Of a stretch of 32,280 nucleotides of DNA, positions 26,486 through 32,280 are shown piece by piece. The first letter of the stretch is position 1. The number at the start of each line of letters is the position of its first letter. Both the position numbers and the translations under genes were made by a program. Location: positions 1 to 32,280 of the IMG/VR virus record IMGVR_UViG_3300032255_000013. One strand, given 5' to 3'. The notes below the pieces were generated by a model. The model had not been told where the DNA came from. It saw only the letters and a program-made list of their open reading frames with translations, and ran no database searches. This DNA is from a virus. Taxonomy: Duplodnaviria > Caudoviricetes.

Positions 26486-27406
26486 CTAAGCCTCCTTCGC
26501 TGGTGGACGTTGCTTAATTAAAACGGTTATTTTCTTCTTGAATTCATCGGGACAATCGCTTTCAAAAGTCGCCTCACAGTGACGTGGCAAACGACCTTCT
26601 TCTTCAACAAATGGTATGATAGCTGCCCAATAAGCCTGCCGCCTGTCCGCTACCGTCTGATAACCACCTTGCTGTACGATTGGTGCAATTTCTTGCGTCG
26701 TTACATCGAACGGCGCGCCGACAGGACGGCCAGCTTTCTGGCAGTATCCCGCTGCGTTGACATACCAGGTTCGCCATGTGTCAGGCCAACTCAGGCCAGT
26801 GGTGCCCTTTTCGGTGTGATGCGAGCGAAATTTCATAACCTCGTCACGCAGATTAATCGCCTTTTTCTTTTGCTGCCAAAAGGCAAGCGCCTTTTCCTGG
26901 TCTACCCTTTCGGGACAGGCTTCAGGCAAAGCTATTTTTCTTTTTTTTATATTTTTTTCTTTCTTTTGGTTTTGGTATGGTAGCTTTTCGCTAGGTGGTT
27001 CGCTAGAGTTTCGCCACCCGTTTTGCTCTAGCGTTTTTGTAGCGTTCGCTAGATGCGTTATGTTATTTTTCAATGACTTGGCTTCGCCACCAAGTTTGCC
27101 ATTTTGTTTATTTTTGGCCAGTTTTTCGGTTAAATTCTTGAGCGTTTTTTGTAATTTTTTCTGCGAAATTTGTTCGTTTTCTGTGATAAAAAAACGATTA
27201 ATACCCGCTTTTACCCGTCGCCATTTGGCCGGTGTCAGGCCAACCATACGTGCCAGTTTTGTGTCGTCATCGGGCAACCATCCATCCGGGCTGCGCCACA
27301 TAAAAATCAGCAGCTGCAGATATGCGCCGTGTTCTTCACACGACAGATCGCGTGTATCAGCGATATAAGCATCAGTAAAAAGTGGCATTGTAGGATATTG
27401 AGCCAT
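26486..27406 (-). CDS. YdaU/DUF1376-family replication initiator
   Basis: MPLFTDAYIADTRDLSCEEHGAYLQLL...LPDDDTKLARMVG; adjacent to dnaB. Confidence 0.85.
   Translation of the reverse strand: MAQYPTMPLFTDAYIADTRDLSCEEHGAYLQLLIFMWRSPDGWLPDDDTKLARMVGLTPAKWRRVKAGINRFFITENEQISQKKLQKTLKNLTEKLAKNKQNGKLGGEAKSLKNNITHLANATKTLEQNGWRNSSEPPSEKLPYQNQKKEKNIKKRKIALPEACPERVDQEKALAFWQQKKKAINLRDEVMKFRSHHTEKGTTGLSWPDTWRTWYVNAAGYCQKAGRPVGAPFDVTTQEIAPIVQQGGYQTVADRRQAYWAAIIPFVEEEGRLPRHCEATFESDCPDEFKKKITVLIKQRPPAKEA
26934..27052. other. Putative replication origin within the initiator gene
   Basis: TTCGCTAG at 26987, 26999 and 27045, related TAGCGTT/TTCGCCA copies at ~11-12-bp spacing, next to a long T-rich tract. 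Confidence 0.6.
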
Positions 27407-27408
27407 AG

Positions 27409-28851
27409 CTAACGGACTCCTTTTTCGGGCATATCATAAAAATGGTTTGATGCCATATCTGCACCAATTTTAATTGTCCTGGTTGGCCCGCTACGGTTTT
27501 TGGCGATGATAAGCTCGAGCTGACCATGACAGTGGTCCATCTCGGCAAGCCACGCCGTATGCTCAGCACTGCCAAACGATTGCGGCTCTTCTTTTGCTGC
27601 ATAATATTCATGCCTATAAGCAAAAATAACCGTATGAGCATCCTGCTCAATTGCCCCAGACTGGCGCAGGTCAGACAGCATTGGCCGTTTGTTTTCACGG
27701 CTTTCAACGCCCCTGTTAAGCTGTGACAGCGCCAAAACCGATATGCGTAACTCTTTCGCAATCGCCAGCAATCCGTTTGATATAGCCGTGATCTCCTCGG
27801 TTGGGCCGTTTGTGCCGGGAGACTTCATCAGCTGCATATAATCTACAATCAGCAGCCTAAGCGGCGTGCCTGCGCGTTCCAGCTGTCGTGCCTGATACTT
27901 TACTTGCGCGCGCAGGCGCTGCACTGACACTGCCGCCTCATCCATCCAGACAATAGGCAGGTCGCGCAGGTCGTGCGCCGCCCTTGCTGTCTCTTCAAAA
28001 TCTGACTGGTTAAGCCTCTTGCCCATCACAAAATATGGCAGGTGCCTGCCGTTGACTGCCTTCATGTGGTTGCTGGCGGCGCGCTTGATATTGTCTTCGG
28101 CGTCCATCTCGGCGCTGTAAAACAGTATGCCTGCGCCTGCTAACGCGGCCTTGATGGCATAAAAAAGGGCGAGCGCCGACTTGCCCATACCCGGTCTGCC
28201 AGCCAGTATATAAAGCTTTGACGGCGACCAGCCATCTATAGCGTCGTCAAGCTCGCTTAGGCCGGTTGTAACACCGGTGATGCCCTCAGTCCGCATCGCG
28301 GTTTCTATAAGGCTCATAGTGGCGTCAACTGCCTCACCCATGGTGCGAATAGTCTTAATACCATCAGCAACGCCGGGAAACAGCGCGTGCAAATCCTGCT
28401 CAACCAGATCAATAATTGCCGCCGGGTCTTCATCGATCGGCGTATGATAGCTTGCCCTGATCAAATCTTCACCAATCTTGATCATTTCACGTCGCTTGGA
28501 CAGGTCTTTTACCGTTGTGGCATAAGCGGCAGTATTGGTGGTCATTGCGGCTGAAGCGGCAAGATGCACAAGATACTGCGCGCCGCCGACATCCTTAAGC
28601 CGTTCATGGCTGTCAAAGCCGGTTTTCAGTCTTACAGGGTCTGCCACACCACCCTTGTCAGCCAGCGCGATGCATGCCGCAAATATCTCGCCGTGCACCG
28701 GCTCAAAAAAATCATCACCAGTCACAATTTCCCGGCACTGCTCTATACTATCATTATTGCAGAGAATAGCTCCGAGCAACGCCTGCTCTGCCTCCATATT
28801 ATGCGGCGGCTGGCGGTACTGCTCTGCTGGCATCGCTATCCCGTCAGGCAT
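27409..28851 (-). CDS. dnaB: Replicative DNA helicase
   Basis: PPHNMEAEQALLGAIL, Walker A GRPGMGKS, IVDYMQLM, LSQLNR, DLRQSGAIEQDA, AKNRSGPT; start placed at the ATG overlapping the upstream gene. Confidence 0.95.
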   Translation of the reverse strand: MPDGIAMPAEQYRQPPHNMEAEQALLGAILCNNDSIEQCREIVTGDDFFEPVHGEIFAACIALADKGGVADPVRLKTGFDSHERLKDVGGAQYLVHLAASAAMTTNTAAYATTVKDLSKRREMIKIGEDLIRASYHTPIDEDPAAIIDLVEQDLHALFPGVADGIKTIRTMGEAVDATMSLIETAMRTEGITGVTTGLSELDDAIDGWSPSKLYILAGRPGMGKSALALFYAIKAALAGAGILFYSAEMDAEDNIKRAASNHMKAVNGRHLPYFVMGKRLNQSDFEETARAAHDLRDLPIVWMDEAAVSVQRLRAQVKYQARQLERAGTPLRLLIVDYMQLMKSPGTNGPTEEITAISNGLLAIAKELRISVLALSQLNRGVESRENKRPMLSDLRQSGAIEQDAHTVIFAYRHEYYAAKEEPQSFGSAEHTAWLAEMDHCHGQLELIIAKNRSGPTRTIKIGADMASNHFYDMPEKGVR

Positions 28852-29035
28852 GGGGAACCCCCACATCAGATCGGCAAGCATTACCCCAAAAAACAGCTTC
28901 AATATTGCGTATATCGCGCGCGCTCAAGGCGTCGCCAGACATTGCACGCTGACAGCTGCCGCCGACCGGGCTTTTCCGGCACGCCCATTTCCGCTTTAAA
29001 ATAATGGCGGCAAACTGCTTGTGTCTTTCACTCAT
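28844..29035 (-). CDS. Hypothetical protein
   Basis: AAGGAGG RBS, ATGA overlap with the methyltransferase; fills the gap to dnaB. Confidence 0.6.
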   Translation of the reverse strand: MSERHKQFAAIILKRKWACRKSPVGGSCQRAMSGDALSARDIRNIEAVFWGNACRSDVGVPHA

Positions 29036-30168
29036 GTCCCTGCCTCCTTTGCCTGCGCGGCGAACAGTGGCCCGGCGCTATCACTTTCGGGCTGTGCGAC
29101 CCCGTCCACATGGCAGTGGGCCGCGCGCAGGCGGGCGGCGGCGATGTCGGCATAGTCCGGGTTCAGCTCGATTAAAATCGCCTGCCGGCCAAGGTTTTTT
29201 GCCGCCAACGCGGTGGTGCCCGCACCGCCAAAAGGATCCAGCACCACACCACCGGGCGGACAGCCGGCGGCAATGCAGCGGCGCGGCAACGCTTCCGGGA
29301 AGGTGGCAAAGTGTGCGTCTTTAAAGGGTCTGGTGGCCATTTCCCAAACCTCGAAGGTCTGAGGGCTTTCATAATTACGCAGATTACGACCACCGGACTG
29401 CTGTTCTGCCAGTGTCATCTTGTCCCAGCGGTCATTAAAACCGGCATGGCGCCGGCTATGACCCCGCTGCTTGTCTTTCTTTGGTCCACCTACAGCTTTC
29501 ATCATGCCATTAATTTTGGCGCCGCCATTTGCGCGATTGCTTCCTTTTTGATTTTCAATATCTTGAGACCAGCGCTGTAAACTTGAATCAGCGGCACAGC
29601 GGCGCACCGTCCTGGCGTCATAGTCATACCGAGCCGACTTTGTGAAGAGGAAGATTTTTTCATGTGATGTGGCTGGTCGGTCATACACACTTTCCGGCAT
29701 CGGGTTAGGCTTTGCCCAAATAATTTCACTGCGCACCCACCAGCCAAATTCTTGCATTTTAATAGCGAAACGATTTGGCATCATGCACAGGTCTTTGGCC
29801 TTTAGGACGCCGCCGATGGTGCTAAACGGCTTGTCGACAAAGCCACGATCATCATCAGTAATATCAGCTGCCTTGCGGCCATTGGCCGTGGATGCATAAC
29901 AATCACCGTAATTCACCCAGCAGGTGCCGGATGGCTTCAGTACCCGCCATATCTCAGCAAACACTTTGTTCACCATTAATTCTAGATGGTCGTCGAGCGT
30001 GGCCTCCATACCCAGCTGACCGGCAACACCGTAATCCCGCAGGCCCCAATAAGGCGGACTGGTTACCACACAGTCGACGCTTGCGTCCGGCAGCGTGCGC
30101 AGATGCTCCAGAACATCACCCACAAGAATGACCACGTCTTTCGCGGCGGATAGCGGACAATGCGTCAT
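29032..30168 (-). CDS. Orphan N4-cytosine/N6-adenine DNA methyltransferase (beta class)
   Basis: Catalytic TSPPY precedes SAM-binding VLDPFGGAGTT; HFATFP; TGATG coupling at 30168. Confidence 0.92.
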   Translation of the reverse strand: MTHCPLSAAKDVVILVGDVLEHLRTLPDASVDCVVTSPPYWGLRDYGVAGQLGMEATLDDHLELMVNKVFAEIWRVLKPSGTCWVNYGDCYASTANGRKAADITDDDRGFVDKPFSTIGGVLKAKDLCMMPNRFAIKMQEFGWWVRSEIIWAKPNPMPESVYDRPATSHEKIFLFTKSARYDYDARTVRRCAADSSLQRWSQDIENQKGSNRANGGAKINGMMKAVGGPKKDKQRGHSRRHAGFNDRWDKMTLAEQQSGGRNLRNYESPQTFEVWEMATRPFKDAHFATFPEALPRRCIAAGCPPGGVVLDPFGGAGTTALAAKNLGRQAILIELNPDYADIAAARLRAAHCHVDGVAQPESDSAGPLFAAQAKEAGT

Positions 30169-30554
30169 CAGAGCAGCCCCCACTTTTCAAGCTGGTTAAG
30201 TACACCGTCCAGGCTGTCGTGTACTGCGTAGGGCATGGCATAGCTGTCGATAATGTCCCTTACGATGATCTGTTTGTCGGACAATTTGCCCTCAACCGGC
30301 TTGTTGCGCCGCCCGGTTTTTGTCGGGCGCTTCAATTCAATGAAAAAGGCACCGCTGCGGGCAAGAAAAACAAGGTCAGGCACGCCGGGCCGCACGCCCA
30401 TCGCCTTCAACAGCGCGGCGGTTTTGGGCGGCCGCTTCTCACCGTTGGCGGGGTGAAAACAGAAAAACTTGCGCGCGGAAAAGGGAATGGCATCCAGCGC
30501 CCGGATAATGGCCTTTTGCAAACCGGCCTCGGTTTGAGTGCTACCTATGATCAC
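30168..30554 (-). CDS. VRR-NUC / PD-(D/E)xK nuclease
   Basis: E..LQ, HPANG, GVRPGVPDL, FIELK, LSDKQ; GTG start after AGGAAGGA. Confidence 0.85.
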   Translation of the reverse strand: MIIGSTQTEAGLQKAIIRALDAIPFSARKFFCFHPANGEKRPPKTAALLKAMGVRPGVPDLVFLARSGAFFIELKRPTKTGRRNKPVEGKLSDKQIIVRDIIDSYAMPYAVHDSLDGVLNQLEKWGLL

Positions 30555-30660
30555 GGCAGTTCCTTCCTGTATAAGTGGCGGGTGGTATGCCCGGTACCCG
30601 CCGGACCGGGGTCCTATAGGGACGCGGCAGACGCCCCTACTGCATCCTCGGGAGTAGTTT

Positions 30661-30861
30661 TTAGGCGGTGTTAGTTTTTTCGAATATATCAATAGCTGAC
30701 TCTAGGCCCCGAAGTGTCTTGACAGTCGGGTTCCAGCCGTCATCATCGATAAACCGTAGCCGGGTATCGTGCATACCTGCCATTTTTGCCAAACGCGCTT
30801 TTGGTAAATTGTGCTTTGCCGCAAATGCACGAATGCGCTTAATAGACTGGTCTACCTTCAT
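30661..30861 (-). CDS. Cro-like HTH regulator
   Basis: 66 aa, KARLAKMAGMHDTRL...WNPTVKTLRGLE; first gene of the replication operon. Confidence 0.75.
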   Translation of the reverse strand: MKVDQSIKRIRAFAAKHNLPKARLAKMAGMHDTRLRFIDDDGWNPTVKTLRGLESAIDIFEKTNTA

Positions 30862-30894
30862 GATATAGCCTGTTTGTTAATAACAACTTGATAA

Positions 30895-30923
30895 AATATA
30901 CACGCACAATCGTGCGGCTGCAA
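30895..30923 (-). promoter_or_regulatory. Leftward early promoter
   Basis: Minus strand TTGCAG-N17-TATATT; operator 1 lies in the spacer. Confidence 0.75.
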
Positions 30924-30976
30924 GGCTTATTCGCATTTAGGTGCATTTTATTGTTGACTATTCGCACTTATCTGCG
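30903..30976. promoter_or_regulatory. Three palindromic operators, CGCA-N6-TGC(G/A)
   Basis: CGCACAATCGTGCG 30903-30916, CGCATTTAGGTGCA 30932-30945, CGCACTTATCTGCG 30963-30976. Confidence 0.8.
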
Positions 30977-30982
30977 TAATCT
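30954..30982 (+). promoter_or_regulatory. Rightward early promoter
   Basis: TTGACT-N17-TAATCT; operator 3 lies in the spacer. Confidence 0.8.
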
Positions 30983-31074
30983 TCATCTATCAGCAGCGAC
31001 ACATGAGCCTGCACCACCCGCGTCAGACCCGGCCACATGCGCCACCGTGACAGGGCAATTAAAGGGGAGAGGTA

Positions 31075-31374
31075 ATGGACGGCCAAAATTATATCACCCG
31101 TGAGCAAGATCGGATCATTGACGATCTGACCGGCTATCCGAAACCGCGTGGTCGCGTTGCCTGCGCCTTGCAAGATCAACTGGCGGCGCTTGACGAATTT
31201 GAAACGGTATTTGACCGCCTGACATCTATGAAGGGCGAGGCTGTCGCCATCGCTGCCCGCATATCAGGCTGTAATCTGTCAGAGGCCGTTAATGACCTGT
31301 TACTGGCGGCGATCGATGATGTCGAAGACCTGATTTGCGCTGAGATTGAAAAGATTACAGGGGACAGAGTATGA
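31075..31374 (+). CDS. Hypothetical acidic protein
   Basis: GGAGAGG RBS; first gene of the rightward operon. Confidence 0.7.
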   Translation: MDGQNYITREQDRIIDDLTGYPKPRGRVACALQDQLAALDEFETVFDRLTSMKGEAVAIAARISGCNLSEAVNDLLLAAIDDVEDLICAEIEKITGDRV

Positions 31375-31694
31375 CCAAATTTATTAGTCTGCAACATGAG
31401 TTGGCCGTTTTAAAGCGGCACGTGCCGCCGGTCGCAGAGCAGCAGCACCGGATCAGCCCGCCAGCCCCTGACGTCCCTGTCAGTCGCGAGCGACGCGCCG
31501 ACACACACAGGCGCGCCCGCACAACAGTGGAGGCGGTTAACCTGCAGGTTGGTGGACTGATTGATGTGGCCGATCATTTCAGGGACAGTATTAATCGCCG
31601 CCGGGCCGCCATCCTGCTCGCCGACATACTGGCCGATATGCGAAAATTCATCGAATTTCTGGACGATGAAGAAGCACAAGGGGGTAAATCATGA
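31371..31694 (+). CDS. Hypothetical protein
   Basis: ATGA overlaps at both ends. Confidence 0.7.
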   Translation: MTKFISLQHELAVLKRHVPPVAEQQHRISPPAPDVPVSRERRADTHRRARTTVEAVNLQVGGLIDVADHFRDSINRRRAAILLADILADMRKFIEFLDDEEAQGGKS

Positions 31695-32280
31695 CAGAAT
31701 CAAAGTCGATTACTGCCTACAAAGCCTTTAACGACGACCTGACCTGTCGCGGTTTCCAGTATGCGATTGGCCAGAGCTACTCCCATACTGGCGATGTAGT
31801 GATTTGTAGAGCTGGTTTTCATGCCTGCACCGTTCCCTTTGATTGCTGGAGCTATTATGAACAGGCAAAAACTTTTGCGCAGGTTAATATAGAGGGGGAC
31901 ATATGCCAATCATCAGACGATAGCAAAATAGCAGGCTCAAAAATAACTCTTATTAGTAAATTGTCCATGGCCGAATGGATAAAGGAACAGGTAAATACTG
32001 TTGCAAATCTCTGCCTGCAGAAAACCGCCGCCACAACGGGGAACTGGGCACACGCCGCCACGACGGGGGACTGCGCACACGCCGCCACAACGGGGGACTG
32101 GGCACACGCCGCCACGACGGGGGACTGGGCACACGCCGCCACGACGGGGAGCCGGGCACACGCCGCCACAACGGGGAACAGTGCATACGCCGCCACGACG
32201 GGGGACTGGGCACACGCCGCCACGACGGGGAGCCGGGCACACGCCGCCACAACGGGGAACAGTGCATACGCCGCCACGAC
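31691..32280 (+). CDS. 5' part of the DUF7666-like phage protein with 9-aa repeats (continues at the window start)
   Basis: MTESKSITAYKAFNDDLTCRGFQYAIGQSY...CRAGFHAC..PFDCWSYY; frame is open to the window end; missing from the ORF track. Confidence 0.85.
   Translation, partial: MTESKSITAYKAFNDDLTCRGFQYAIGQSYSHTGDVVICRAGFHACTVPFDCWSYYEQAKTFAQVNIEGDICQSSDDSKIAGSKITLISKLSMAEWIKEQVNTVANLCLQKTAATTGNWAHAATTGDCAHAATTGDWAHAATTGDWAHAATTGSRAHAATTGNSAYAATTGDWAHAATTGSRAHAATTGNSAYAAT
32027..32280 (+). repeat. 27-bp tandem repeat array (nine full units plus a partial one)
   Basis: Same unit as at 5-256. Confidence 0.95.

Noticed and set aside
32027-32280. Diversity-generating retroelement (TR/VR pair)
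   Set aside because: No reverse transcriptase in the genome, variation is not restricted to adenines, and I saw no second copy of a tail-gene segment

Overview
The window appears to be a complete, circularly assembled podovirus genome of about 32.16 kb. Bases 1-123 are identical to 32158-32280, and a tandem-repeat gene runs across the junction. The host is most likely an Alphaproteobacterium, based on a host-like SSB, a DUF1376 initiator and DnaB. Layout: (i) a divergent early control region at 30.86-31.07 kb with two sigma70-like promoters and three CGCA-N6-TGCR operators; (ii) a rightward early operon (hypotheticals, 27-bp-repeat protein, ERF recombinase, SSB, DUF1367); (iii) a leftward operon (Cro-like HTH, VRR-NUC nuclease, DNA methyltransferase, DnaB, DUF1376 initiator with internal iterons); (iv) an ORF-less structured transcription unit and a two-gene HTH cassette at 3.7-4.8 kb; (v) a long late region (lysis genes, extra fibre/decoration-like genes, TerS/TerL, portal, scaffold, lipoprotein, major capsid, T7-like tail tube A/B, three internal virion proteins, beta-helix tailspike). 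I found no recognisable integrase, CI repressor, DNA or RNA polymerase, reverse transcriptase, tRNA or CRISPR array. The best novelty candidates are non-coding: a ~170-nt structured RNA with its own promoter and terminator, a capsid mRNA leader with a duplicated internal-loop motif, a C-rich-loop hairpin, and a lambda-like triple-operator switch with no CI or integrase. All family calls come from motif recognition by eye, not from database searches.
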